64,000 bases of DNA from contig NIVC01000511.1 in NCBI GenBank assembly GCA_002269645.1, positions 218,023 to 282,022 of the forward strand, read 5' to 3'. This DNA is from Macrostomum lignano. Taxonomy: Eukaryota. The notes under the pieces are model-generated. The model searched no databases. It saw only the letters and a list, made by a program, of their open reading frames with translations, and had not been told where the DNA came from. Of the stretch, positions 36,204-49,417 are shown in pieces (within the stretch, counting starts at the first letter, position 1; each line of letters begins with the position of its first letter). Made by a program: the position numbers and the translations under genes.

Positions 36204-37269
36204 ACGCTGTGCGAAAACTATACTGTCCATTTGTAACATTTATCATCACACTTACAGGTCAATCTGTCAATAGAGTCCTCAGAACTTCAAGAAGTTTCTT
36301 CTTTCTGTCAAAATGTTGATGGCAAGTACAGAGGCTGTAGCGTGCTTGCAATAATCCAGAAAATTCTCTAATAATTTCTGCCATTTTCAAGAACATTCTA
36401 TTAACTTATATTTTTACCTTAATTTGTCCAAATTATTGCGTAGCAATACATTTCACTCAAGCAATAATAATAATACCTAATTTACGCTATTTTCGAATAA
36501 TGGGAAATAAAAATCAATTTTCTATAATCGCGAACAACATTCTAGAAACTTCTGCAGCGATAAACACTGAGAGTAAATACACGCAAATCAACCGTTAAAT
36601 AACCAACCGTCCATCATTTCAGTAATGATCTTGTTAACAATAAATAAAACTAAACAAACCACCGCCTTTGCTTTGTGCTATAAGGCTTCGTACTTGTAAA
36701 ATGATTCGGTCTAACGTGCGCAAGAGCCAGTAAGGAGAGCATTAAGGATTATAATTGGCTCTATTGTAACGATTCGATTCCTTCACGCTGAAAAAGTTTT
36801 TATAGGTTTATAACTATCTCTCTTTTTACCGCTCCTTTTTTATTCGAATTTCTACTTTCCAGGTGTGTGCAAATTAAACGATGCTGGAGACTCACCTTGT
36901 GCAGTGCGAACTCTAACTGGAATAGGGCACAGTGACAGCTAATTTGGGGAATTCCATCAATTCTTTCTTAAAAACTCATGCATCTGATGCGAATCTAAGT
37001 TAAATCTGCAGGAGGGCTGTGGGCATTCTAACGCTTGAAGTCAGAATACCCGCAACCAACACCGACCCGCAACCAGCGACAGGGCATGACTGTCCAGAGT
37101 GGTATCTCTGCGTTGAGTATGTATGTCCCCTAACTCATCCGGTGTTTCTTTACACCTTTACACCCGAACACCCAGGGGGGGGGGGCATGCGTTGTGACCT
37201 TTTTATATGGGGTATGTTCGAGTGTTGACGCAATTCTAAAAGTTCACTAATTCGATAAATCTAGCAAAA

Positions 37270-37665
37270 AACAACTCATAATCTCAAAATTTCATAAACT
37301 AGAAATTTCACAAGCCCGAAGCTTTATAAACTCGAAACTTCATAATCTAGAAACTTCATAATCTCGAAACTTCACAAGCTCGAAACTTCACAAGCTCGAA
37401 ACTTCATAAGCTCGAAACTTCATAAGGTCGAAACTTTATAAGCTCGAAACTTCATAAGCTCGAAACTTCATAAGGTCGAAACTTCACAAGCTCGAAACTT
37501 CATAAACTCGAAACTTAAAAACATCGACAATCTTAGCAAAGTCTTCATAATTTGTGAGATCCGATCTGCTATTTGAGCTTTCGGGTTTGTGAATATTTGA
37601 ACTTGATGAAGTTTTGAGCTTGTGAAAATATTTTCTGTATTCGTTGTGAGAATTTTGAGATTTCG
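37270..37665. repeat. 16-bp array (CTCGAAACTTCATAAG) with inverted degenerate copies; MITE-like
   Basis: Array at ~37300-37515. AATCTCAAAAT at 37280 is mirrored by ATTTTGAGATT at 37652. Confidence 0.55.
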
Positions 37666-37924
37666 TAACCCCCAGTCTATGTTCGGCCACTAACTTTTAC
37701 TAAATTCGAAACTTATGGCTGGAGAAATCACCGGTTATAAACGTTTTTAAGTTTCAGGAAACGTTTTTAAGATTAGTATTTCCAGCTGTGATTTCACACC
37801 GTTTCTCCACCGTAAAAATAGGTGCATCACATTGCCTCTATGCTACTGACTTCTACCTGTAGTTAGTAGTAAGAAACGTGCTGAGTCGAATTTTTTCAAG
37901 CTGGCAGTTGAGTTTCTCCTTGCT

Positions 37925-38113
37925 GGATGTCGAACTTCTCTAAGCTAGATGTCGAATTTCTCTAAGCTAGATGTCGAATTTCTCTAAGCTAGATGTCGAA
38001 TTTCTCTAAGCTAGATGTCGAACTTCTCTAAGCTAGATGTCGAATTTCTCTAAGCTAGATGTCGAATTTCTCTAAGCTAGATGTCGAATTTCTCTAAGCT
38101 AGATGTCGAACTT
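37925..38113. repeat. 22-bp minisatellite
   Basis: Unit TCTCTAAGCTAGATGTCGAATT. Confidence 0.92.
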
Positions 38114-38269
38114 AGTTGTATGTAAAGCAAATACATGTAATGTAAACTTTTACCTTTTCACGCTTGCAACTTACTTCGTTTGTCGCAAGCCTCTAAAGCA
38201 GCGTATTTTTCTGGAAATCAGCCTCCTAAAAAATTACACGATCTTTGAGTTTCACGTCTTGTTATACTA

Positions 38270-38658
38270 CAGTCAAGCGCGTCGCCAGCAGGGGGACAGG
38301 GAGGACATGTCCCCCACCCATGTAAAAGCTATGGGGGATGCCAATGGGTCCCCCCACCCCACTTTCTGACCCGTTGTGGTAATCAATAATTTTTCTTCAC
38401 GGCGCAAAATATAGCGCCTGCGGCGCCAAAATGAGTGCCTGTGGCGCTAAAAGGAATGCCTGCGGCGCCAAAATTTCTGAGGCGCTAAAATCAGCTTGCC
38501 TGCAGCGCCAACATAAGTCATGCGGCGCCAAAATGAGCGCTGACAACACCGGCCGATTCTCAAAATAATGGACATGTAGAAGTTTAGTCATGTACATGTA
38601 CATGCTGAATTCTTGGCTTTGTCCCCCACCATAAAATCCATGGCGACGCCCCCGACTA
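38270..38658. mobile_element. TA-flanked MITE (Tc1/mariner-type)
   Basis: Imperfect TIRs CAGTCAAGCGCGTCGCCA and TGGCGACGCCCCCGACTA with TA on both sides; internal GCCTGCGGCGCCAAAAT repeats. Confidence 0.55.
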
Positions 38659-38894
38659 TAGTGGTCCTTGAAGTTGCGTTGTCTCAAAAGCAAACTCCTT
38701 ATAATCTTGTTGATGCATTCTCTAACGAAATTATTGTGCCCTCAATCAAGTTTTGCGAGCGAGTCTGCGACAGTAATATACCGCCAAAAGTCTACAGTAT
38801 CTGATGATATTTTTTTGACTGCCACGAGCAGCTACTCGTAACTGACTGCAGATCAAAATTTTTACCAAAAATTTCACTTTCTCTTTGGCAGAAA

Positions 38895-39180
38895 ATTGTC
38901 ACTGGCAGCCGTCAATTGTCACTGGCTGTCAATTGTCACTGACAACCGTCAATTGTCACTGACAACCATCAATTGTCACCGACAACCATCAATTGTCACT
39001 GGCTGTCAATTGTCACTGACAACCGTCAATTGTCACTGGCTGTCAATTGTCACTGGCTGTCAATTGTCACTGGCTGTCAATTGTCACTGGCTGTCAATTG
39101 TCACTGGCTGTCAATTGTCACTGGCTGTCAATTGTCACTGGCTGTCGATTGTCACTGACAACCGTCAATTGTCACTGGCT
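38895..39180. repeat. 17-bp minisatellite
   Basis: Unit GTCAATTGTCACTGGCT. Confidence 0.92.
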
Positions 39181-40767
39181 ACCGCATGACATTAATCAGT
39201 TAATTGAAAAAATCAATAAATCAATGAAATACAGAAAATGAATTCAATTAAAAACGGCTTATTGCCAAATATGATGCGTAATAAAAGCGTGGATCCGTAT
39301 GCAGAGACATACTGTAGCTCTCACTGCAGCAAATAAGCATACGATATTACAACGTATACTTTGCACGAATTTGGTAGTTAATGCTGTTCCAATCAATCAT
39401 TGGCTTAATAAATAATGTACGCATGTAATAAAGTGATTATTATTTGCAGAGACCCATAAAATTTGGTTTACTTGAGTTAGACAAAACTGACAAATAATCT
39501 ACTCGATTAAACTATTAAAACCAATTAAAATATGTCAGATTAATAAAATACGCGCATTCTGTATAGCAACAGGTAAATAACAAAGCGACTAAGCAATAAA
39601 GCTAACTAATTACTATATTATACATAATTAGCAAGGCTAAAAAAGGTTTTGCGGGCTGGCGAATTGACATAATTAAATATTGATGAGCAAATTTAGAAAG
39701 GCATTCGATGGGGAGAGTTTCGCTACTGCAAGTAGAGCTGTCAGCTTAATTAATAATATTAGAAGACCATTGCGGAGTTTATATTCAAGCAGACAAAAAT
39801 CTATTTAAAAAAAGTAACGCATAGATACACCGCACTGCTGTCTTGAACAAGCGCTAGGCTACTTAAAGTAGGGCGCACTGGGAGAGCTGGAATAAAAGCA
39901 GAGCATAATGGACAATGTATTTAACACGATAACACCGAAAAACATAAAACAGAGTTTGTCGAGCCTTTGAATCGAAATCCTGAGGTTTGTTCGCGGATGG
40001 CCATCTTAGTCTCGCTAATATTAATAAGCAGCATAATAAAGCAAGCGCACTAATTATAATCATTAGAAAATCTTATATAAATAATACAGGCTGAGAGTGA
40101 AAAATTTACAGATTGAAAATATTACGAATTTCCAGCTAAACTACTTAAAGTAGCTGTTGCGAAAGTTTTGCAATCTGAAACAGGCGAAACGTGACACTAT
40201 ATAATAATTCCACTTTGTTTACCCGTCTGTCAATTCATCTTTGTCTGTATTTGCGAGATTGCATCAATAAGAAAACAGGTCTCAACGATCTCAAATGAGT
40301 CTCCTAAGCAAGTCGTATTATATTTAAGCCCAGGCAGGCGCAACCGCAGGCGAAATAGCTCACCGTAGTATTTAGTCAATAATTAACTCGGGATAAAAAT
40401 ACAATGCAATATAATTTCAAGTCAATTAGCTGACTTCTGGTATTTGTTTAAATACAATATTTATTAAGCGAGCGCAGTGCTGTATGTCAAGTCTTGCAAG
40501 GTTTATGAAACACTATAGTAGTAAATATGGACCAATAAATTATTGAACTGACAATGCCAGTAGATTTATCATCAACAGATTCAATAAGTCCGCAATTCCA
40601 TCCAGATAAGTCATAATTAATACCCGCAAAGTTCAAGAAATCACCACCACTGTTCTGTTTGCAAATTATGGCAATGCTCGAGCTATAAAACAAACACCCG
40701 ATGGTGCGTGACGGATGCTCTCAGCCAATCAGACGGCTTAGCGCAAAAAGTACTCTGTGAGAAAGCC

Positions 40768-40878
40768 GCTACCCACAATCCCTCGTCACTAAGGCAGCTA
40801 CTACCCCACAGTCCCTCATCACTAAGGCAGCTGCTACCCCCCAGTCCCTTATCACTAAGGCAGCTGCTACCACCTCAG
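40768..40878. repeat. ~33-bp repeat, 3 copies, just 3' of the AMPK-gamma stop
   Basis: CAGTCCCTCATCACTAAGGCAGCTGCTACCCC-like units. Confidence 0.75.
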
Positions 40879-41006
40879 CTATTTATTCTACACTAACAAA
40901 ACTCTTAATAAAACTAATGAATCCGTCACTGATCCAGGGAGCAGCAACAAGTAGTCATGCTGCACAGTCATAAACATGAGATGTCCTAAGAGACACAATA
41001 CTGCGG

Positions 41007-44000
41007 TCACTCGGTCTCCATCGGCTGCTCAGAGCCGGCACCTCCGGCGGCAGATGCGCCGGCTAAGGACTCAGCCAGGGCTTTATGGTCCAGCACAATG
41101 GCCTTGAGAATGTCGGACAGGGAGACCACGCCGATCACTTGCTGGTCGCTGTCCACGATAACCAGCCGGTGCACCTCGGCCGTCACCAGCTTCTCCAGCA
41201 CGCTGCGCAGCGAATCGTCCGGCTGGCAGGATGTGACGCCTTCGAACCTGTCGCGCCTGTACTGCAGCGCGTCCTTCACCGACACGTCCAGATTGTTGTA
41301 GGTCTTTGTGGCAGCCAGGTTCTGCGGTTGGGGCACCACAGTTAGTGAGCTAGTCTTTGTGCCACAGAACACATTGATCCCTTATCACTGATCCCTAATT
41401 CCAATCCCTGATCCCTAATTCCAATCCCTGATCCCTAATTCCAATCTCTGATCCCTAATTCCAATCCCTGATCCCTAATTCCAATCCCTGATCCCTACCC
41501 TAATTCCAATCTCTGATCCCTAATTCCAATCCCTGATCCCTAATTCCAATCCCAGATCCCTAATTCCAATCCCAGATCCCTAATTCCAATCCCTGATCCT
41601 TAATTCCCATCCCGATCCCTAATTCCAATACCTGATCCCTAATTCCAATTTCTGATCCCTAATTCCAATCCCTGATCCCTAATTCCTATCCCTGATCCTT
41701 AATTCCCATCCCGATCCCTAATTCCAATCCCTGATCCCTAATTCCAATCCCTGATCCCTAATTCCCATCCCGATCCCTAATTCCTATCCCTGATCCCTAA
41801 TTCCTATCCCTGATCCCTAATTCCAATCCCAGATCCCTAATTCCAATCCCAGATCCCTAATTCCAATCCCAGATCCCTAATTCCAATCCCTGATCCTTAA
41901 TTCCCATCCCGATCCCTAATTCCAATACCTGATCCCTAATTCCAATTTCTGATCCCTAATTCCAATCCCTGATCCCTAATTCCAATCCCTGATCCCTAAT
42001 TCCCATCCCGATCCCTAATTCGAATCCCTGATCCCATATTCCAATCCCAAATCTCATATTCCAATCCCAAATCTCATATTCCAATCCCAGATTTCTAGTT
42101 TCAATCCCTGACCACTATTCCAGTCACTGATCCTTTATGATCCTCTATTCCAGTCACTGGATCCCATATTGCAACCTTGAATCCCATAGATGATAATCAA
42201 GGTCTCAGTCCCCTGATCCCTGGATCAAAAAACTGATCAAACCAACTTTTTATCCAATTTTATTTTACCATTACCGAATTACAATCTCTAAATTAAGTAT
42301 ATCTTCTAATCAATAGTCAATAAAGAAGATTCATAAGCCTATACTCATGACTAGTTATTATATTAATCCAAACCGCAATGCAAATGCAATACTAACAGTG
42401 ACCTAGTTCACTCACAATGACATCAAATTTTGAGTAGATATCCGAGAGCCGTCCGTCCGGCCCCACAACGGGCAGGGCGCTAATCCTGTGCTGCACAAAC
42501 AGACTGAGCACTTTCACTAGCGGTGTAGATTCAGTGATAGTTCTAATGCCCTCGTATGTGCCAATTCGAAGTTGGCGAAGGCTGGCGTCTAGCCAAGGCG
42601 GCATCGGCAGCTGGTGCATGTACAAGTAGATGTACTTCAGAATGCGCTTGTGAGTGAGAATGAACAGGGCGTTGCCGGTGCGGGGCTCCACAACTGGCAG
42701 ACGGTGGACTCTGGCGTGCAGCAGGAGGCGAACGGCGTCCAGTAGGGAGGCCTCGGGCGAGATCCACAAGAAGGGCCGCAGGCGGTCCTGCAGCTGGGCC
42801 CGCCAGGTGCTGATACGGTGCGACTCCAGCTCCTCCATTGGCACCAGGGCGGAGCGATAGAAATTGTGCAGGATGTTGATGAAGTCCGTGATAGTGAGCA
42901 TACCGACGAAGCGCTGCTGGTCTGAGTCCCAAACTGGGGCGGCGCGAAGGCCATTGTAAACCAAGGCAAAGAAGGCCTTCTTAACGTTTAGGTTGTGGTC
43001 GAACACTAGCAGCTTGCTGCTAGTAGGAATCAGATCGTAGCAGCGGTGCTTCTGGGAGAAGATTTCGAATACGCGGCTCGGCTCCGATACTGTGGCTTGG
43101 CGCACCTGCGGCGGGGCGGCGCGTGGGTCGGCGGGACTTGCTTAGTGGGGATAGGACTCGTTTAGTGGGGTGGGATTGGATAAAGTAAGACTGGACCTGA
43201 TGCTGGGGATTTGTCACGGGTGAGACTGGACTTGATGCTGAGGATTTGTCACGGGTGAGACTGGACCTGATGCTGGGGATTTGGCTCGGGTGAGACTGGA
43301 CTTGATGCTGAGGATTTGTCACGGGTGAGACTGGACCTGATGCTGAGGATTTGGCTCGGGTGAGACTGGACCTGATGCTGAGGATTTGTCACGGGTGAGA
43401 CTGGACCTGATGCTGAGGATTTGTCACGGGTGAGACTGGACCTGATGCTGGGGATTTGGCTCGGGTGAGACTGGACTTGATGCTGGGGATTTGTCACGGG
43501 TGAGACTGGACCTGATGCTGGGGATTTGGCTCGGGTGAGACTGGACTTGATGCTGAGGATTTGTCACGGGTGAGACTGGACCTGATGCTGAGGATTTGTC
43601 ACGGGTGAGACTGGACCTGATGCTGAGGATTTGGCTCGGGTGAGACTGGACCTGATGCTGAGGATTTGGCTCGGGTGAGACTGGACTTGATGCTGGGGAT
43701 TTGTCACGGGTGAGACTGGACCCTGATGCTGTACAATTTAAACTAAGTTTCACCTCGTCAAAATCCACAGTAGAGCTGTCGCCCTGACACTTTGACCGAA
43801 ATATGATGTACTTGTCATTCTCGGTGACCTGAACGTCCTGGCTGCTCCCGCCGACTGCACCAGATGCAGCCGAGCCGGAGACTGTATCGGCAGCCAAAGT
43901 GGCAGCGCGATGCCTCATCGCAGCCGCTGGTCCTGTCCAAGTTCGCTGATGCTGCTGTTGTTGCTGCTGCTGTTGTTGTGTTTTACGAAACTGAGATGCC

Positions 44001-47000
44001 ATCTCCGTTGAGGGACCGGACATTCGGCGGTGACGCGACTCTGCCATGGCTGTCGCTGATTGAATGCAGCACTGGCCTGCAGAAGATAGGATAGGAAGAG
44101 TTATTTGAAGGCTTGCTGCATTGATTTGACTCATCAGTCCCGGGTAAATTAATTACAATAATAGTAATATTATTAATAGTTAAGCTATAAGCTTAACTAG
44201 TAGACAATAATTTGATTGGATACAATACTTACGGTTGGTTGTTATTTTTACAGCTTCAACTTTGCGAGTTAAGTTAGTCACAAGCTAGTCTAACTAGCGA
44301 GTTTAGTAAAAGCAAGCAAGGACTGCAAGAAGCTTGAAAAAAATAGAAGACTGCTTGCTGCGTGGAGAAAAGTAGAATTGTCATTTCGTCTGTTTAAGAC
44401 TGTATAAAAAGTGGACGGGGTGAAGCAGACACAAGAGTGACGGTCGGGGGTGGGTGCTGCGCAAACTGGAGTGTTGGAATTTGGCGGCCTTCTTCGGCTT
44501 TTGGGGGTTTGGGGCCTGGGGGCTGGGGGGGGGTAGGAGCGAGAGAGTGTGGGGTGGTGGGTGCGGGGCTCAGTAATGTACACTGATCAGTTTAACTTGG
44601 CCTGAGTCACAGCAGGAGCCACTAGCTGAGGGCCATCAAGGGTTGATATATATTTATATCTACATTTGATGTACATTCACATTAAAATTTGGCTTAACCA
44701 CGTGGCGGAGAGGGCAAATGTGTTCCCATAAGATTCAGCAGCACCCACCTGCCTACCTAAAACGAATTATGACATGGCCAATGGTCGCTAGTTGGTCTAA
44801 TTAACAATAAAACATTTTGCTACCCCTTCTCTATCATTAAATGGTGACTTAAAGTATTAGTTGGTTTATTATAACAAAAAATGTTTTTACACTGTCACTG
44901 TTTTCGTTCTTTGAATACTTTTTTTAAATGACTAACTACTTTTCCGTCAGTCGTCACACCACACGGGTACGGCGAGGTATAGGGTAACACGAGTAGGTGA
45001 AAACTAGTGTTGAGCGGAGAGAGAAGGGCTAACCGGTAAACAGTTGTGTAAGAAATGAGCATGCAAAGGAAAGCAGTGCTGAGGGGTGCATGCATGCGCC
45101 TGATGCCTGAACAAGTGGCCCAATGTACTGACTGACGGAGAGTCTACTAATGAGCAGTTGGAGATCGGAGGTGAAACGGTGGAAATACCAAACACGTAAG
45201 TAGCATGCAACACAGCAATGCGCAAACACTCCAGCTGGTATTTAATTTCGATTTCATTACATTTATACCAAACCTACACATTGTACACTCGCAGATTTAT
45301 AACAAGCTTGCACTGTACAAGCTGCTCCAATTATTGGGCCACAAATAAATCGCCCAGCCAGATCAAGTAAAGTACAAGTAAAAGTACAAAGATGTACTTA
45401 TTGCTAGTTTAGACCAGTTGGAACAGAATTTACAAAAAAATAATTCGTCATTCAAAGGCTACACTCTAAGAGCAACTTTTGCTTGTGATCCAAAAAATTC
45501 ATTTTTAACAATTCATAACAAACTATTTTGGGCAAAAATATTTAGACACTACTAACAACAGCAGGAAAGTAGTATGTGAAAAATATAAAAACAAGTCAAC
45601 ACTTACCATCAATGTCAGCAGTGTGGCTAAGATTTTCAAACAGATCTTTATGCCTCAGCTGTACGCTTGCCGTATTCGGAGGGTAGGAATTCTGCAGAGA
45701 ATTAAGATGAGTATTAAATGAAATGACATAATTTATACCTTCGATTAATATATTATAAGCTAATTATAAGATATACATGACGGAAATAAAATAACAATAA
45801 AATGAGTATAAAGTTCAATTTTTAGTATTATTTTTAGTTATATATACGAGTAAATAGTTACGTGCGTGCGACTCAATGAGTTGCAACAAATAGAAACAAT
45901 GAATTTTCAGTCCATGCGGGCAAGTCCCTCGGTGGACAATTGACGTCTGTACTGCGGTGCGGTTTTTTAACAACGGCTTTAGCTTTGAATGGGATATTCT
46001 ACTTCGGTCATTTCCAAATGCAAGAGGAACCCAGACGACCTGAGAAACGTATAGACCTGGATGTCAAGCGACCTAGATCTGGATATTAAGCGACCTGGAT
46101 GTCAAGCGACCTAGATCTGGATATTAAGCGACCTGGATGTCAAGCGACCTAGATCTGGATATTAAGCGACCTGGATGTCAAGCGTCCTGGATGTCAAGCA
46201 ACCTGGATGTAAAGCGACCTGGATGTAAAGTGAACTGGATGTAAAGTGAACTGGATATGGATATTAAGTGATCTGGATACTAAAACGACCTGTATGTCAA
46301 GCGACCTGGATGTAAAGTGACCTGGATATGGATATTAAGTGATCTGGATACTAAAACGACCTGTATGTCAAGCGACCTGGATGTCAAGCGACCTGGATGT
46401 AAAGCGACCTGGATTTCAAGCGACCTGGATGTCAAGCGACCTAGATCTGGATATTTAGTGATCTGGATACTAAACTAAATGACCTGGATGTCAAGTGATC
46501 TGGGTGTCAAGCGACCTTGGATGTCAAGTGATCTGGATGTCAAGCGACCTGGATGTCAAGCGACCTGGATGTCAAGTGATCTAGATGTCAAGCGACCTGG
46601 ATGTCAAGCGACCTGGATGTCAAGCGACTATGCAACAAAGAAACGTAGTTTCGAAGTTACCTGCCGCCCTAGCGGCTAAGCATGACGTCAATCTTTAATC
46701 TCATGCCGAAATACAGGCATGCATCTGTACTATGATTACAACATTGGGTTAGTAGGTAAATTTGTAGGGTACGAGCTATTTAAGTGCATCAAACATAAAG
46801 AATCAACTGTTGGTTCAAAAAACTTTACGGTGCATCAGCAAGGCCACGAGCATGAGCACACATTGAAATATTAAAAGGCATTATGCGAATGAAAACTAAA
46901 AAAGACAGGAATTTAATATGAAAAAGTGAAAGGCATCTCAGCGAGCGTACAACAAAGGGTGTAGAATCAATAATCATGAGCAGCACCTCACCCCTGGATT

Positions 47001-47229
47001 GAACGCATCGTCAGCTGAAATAGTCTGCAAATTTTTTTTGCTCAATAGTTTATTTTTTATCTAAAAAGAAATATTGATTGCTATGCTAGAATGTTAACTA
47101 TGACAAATTTTTTATTATCCACAAAAATTCTGCCAAATTGTTCTAAACTACGCTCGTATTATGTCAACAGTATTCGATACCGTTGATTGATTGATTGGTT
47201 GGTTGACTGACTGACTGATTGATTAATTA

Positions 47230-47275
<46 letters not shown>

Positions 47276-49417
47276 AGCATATTCTTCCCGGCTCTATTTT
47301 CCTTGTCACAGCAGACACCGCTCAATGGGCGGAACACCTACTTTAAATAGTACAATCACCCTTAAAATAGTACAATGCTCCCCCTCAAAAGTTTCCTATG
47401 GCCTTGAACTATAATAATTAATTATTAGGAATGGCGCAGCCTTAAACCATCAAACAGTTGTCTATGGCCGTGAAGTGCGAGGCTATATAGCTCGTATCAA
47501 GGACGACTTAAGTAGAAGGACGGGAAATCTCGTTTCTTAGAAAATTTTTGAAGGCACTTTTTCCCGAAAAAATACACTACGGAGATAGGAAATTTTCATT
47601 TTTTCAGCACAAAAATTGCTATTACTTTTGATAGGAGGCAGATCCAGTGCTCATCTTTTGATATGTTGTGCCTTTTTTATTGCTCTATCGATATTTATAA
47701 AGCTTTTCGTTCAGAAAATTAGGATTCTATGTAAATTTTTTATTCTCCGTATATTTTCACGTGTCTTGTGATTGAAATACATTAGAATGCCACGGCTCGG
47801 CTCTTTGGTTTTAGAAGTCTATTTTATCATTCTTAACTGACTGTTTAGCAAATATTCGTAACAGAGATGATAAAACAGGTTCATAAAAGCAAATATTGGA
47901 GCTGTGTCATGCATTTTTGTGATTTTCAGATACATGAAATGTAGACGTGAGGTCTGCCTTAAACAATTCCTATACCCCATAGCTGTTGCAATCTTGCTCT
48001 GTTGGCTTAATTACAGTATACAATGCATACCATGTATTATTGACTGGGTCATGTCGGGGATTAGCTCGTAATAAAATAAAAAATACTGGCAAACCACAGT
48101 TGCAGATTCTCAAGCTTGCCTGCTAAAGGATACAGTATTAGCACGTAAATTCGAAATGTGCGAAGCGTCATCAAATATCTATGGGTAAAAGTCATAGATC
48201 TTATATTCCCTAGATAGGCCACTCTCAGTGCATTGTAATAGGAAAAGACCGACCACGCGAATTGCAAGAAAAATTGAATTAGGCCGACAGCGTTTAAGAA
48301 AAGTCTGAGGTCAGTAGCTTAAAGGGACATAGACATATTTCTGTCATGGTTACGTATAATAACGTATAATACGTATAATTGAACTACTTTAATTTTGCGG
48401 GATGTATTCAGATAAATCCCGGAGCCATACTTGTATGTCTATGGTTGAAGTTGGGGATGGGGGTGTGGGGGCGAAGCCCCTGCTGGGTGTGTGGGGGCAA
48501 AGCCCCCACATTCTTACCATAGACAAATTTTCATTAAGAAATTTCTCGAGTCACGAAGGAAGAGAAGAGAGAAGCTCGCATATTTAGATACATACAATAA
48601 TCCTTGCAATATGTCCGGGAAAGTGATCGATTAAATCCTGCAAAATAAAATCTATGTCAATAACCTCCCTGAAAGTGAGCTTTAAAGTGGTTTAAAAGAA
48701 TATTCGCAACAGACACAAAGGTCACTGGTCCTCGCGACTTGCGCTTTGCTTATCAAACAAATGGGCGGAAGAGCGCTTAAAGATCTACCTAGATTAAAGA
48801 GCTGAAGGCATGAAGTGGTCAGACTCCGGGGTTACTGAAAACTTGACTTAGCGACACTATTGACGATTACATGGATGATACAATGAGCTGGGACTGACCT
48901 TTCTTAAACGAACTCGTCGCTCGTCCCCGCCGCTCTCCATGGAGTGGCTGTGTGCCAAGTAGGCCGTGTCCAGAGGAATGTCGCTTGGGTGCGGCAGCCC
49001 CTGGACTGGCGGGATGCCGCCGCCACGACGCCGCCGTTCACCAGTGTCAGTAGCCAGAAGCTTCAGCCGGTTCACCAGGCTGCCCATAGGACTCTTTGAG
49101 CGCTTCTTGACGCCAAGCGTAGCCGAAGCTTCAACGTCGCTGGTCTCGCCGTCCGCATCGCCGGAATGAGCCCGACGCTTTGGCGACGACATAGAGCGGG
49201 GATTCTCCGAACGGGCGCGCGGCCGGAAATTGTCAAAAAACTGGCGCACAGAGGAGCGCTTGCCGCCGGGTCGGCCGCCGTCCGAGTCGGCATCGGTCGC
49301 CGAGGCGGTCCGAGCCCGGCCGGATTCGGCCGATTTGCGCCGGGCCCTGACCTGCGACTCCGATGACGAGGCCTCGGCAGCAACTGCTGCTGCGACATCG
49401 CTGACAGCCGAGGCCAT
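41007..49417 (-). CDS. PRKAG: AMP-activated protein kinase gamma subunit (four CBS domains) with long N-terminal extension, ~643 aa
   Basis: Exons 49417-48899, 45691-45607, 44076-43754, 43105-42416, 41321-41007; phases join (1932 nt). Diagnostic motifs: CYDLIPTSSKLLVFD, KKAFFALVYNGLRAAPVWDS, VGMLTITDFI, VHRLPV, YSKFDVINLAATKTYNNLD, EVHRLVIVD, GVVSLSDIL. Additional alternative exons in the first intron cannot be excluded. Confidence 0.95.
41385..42110. repeat. 20-bp minisatellite in the last AMPK-gamma intron
   Basis: Unit CCCTAATTCCAATCCCTGAT. Confidence 0.93.
43185..43730. repeat. 35-bp minisatellite in AMPK-gamma intron 3
   Basis: Unit GGATTTGTCACGGGTGAGACTGGACCTGATGCTGA. Confidence 0.93.
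46053..46630. repeat. 16-bp-based minisatellite in AMPK-gamma intron 1
   Basis: Unit GCGACCTGGATGTCAA with longer variants. Confidence 0.9.
47182..47275. repeat. (TGAT)n microsatellite
   Basis: Tetranucleotide run with a few variants. Confidence 0.9.
47498..47750. mobile_element. Truncated copy of the 59175-59508 MITE in AMPK-gamma intron 1
   Basis: Collinear similarity over ~250 bp (e.g. CCGAAAAAATACACTACGGAGATAGG, CAGCACAAAAATTG). Confidence 0.65.
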
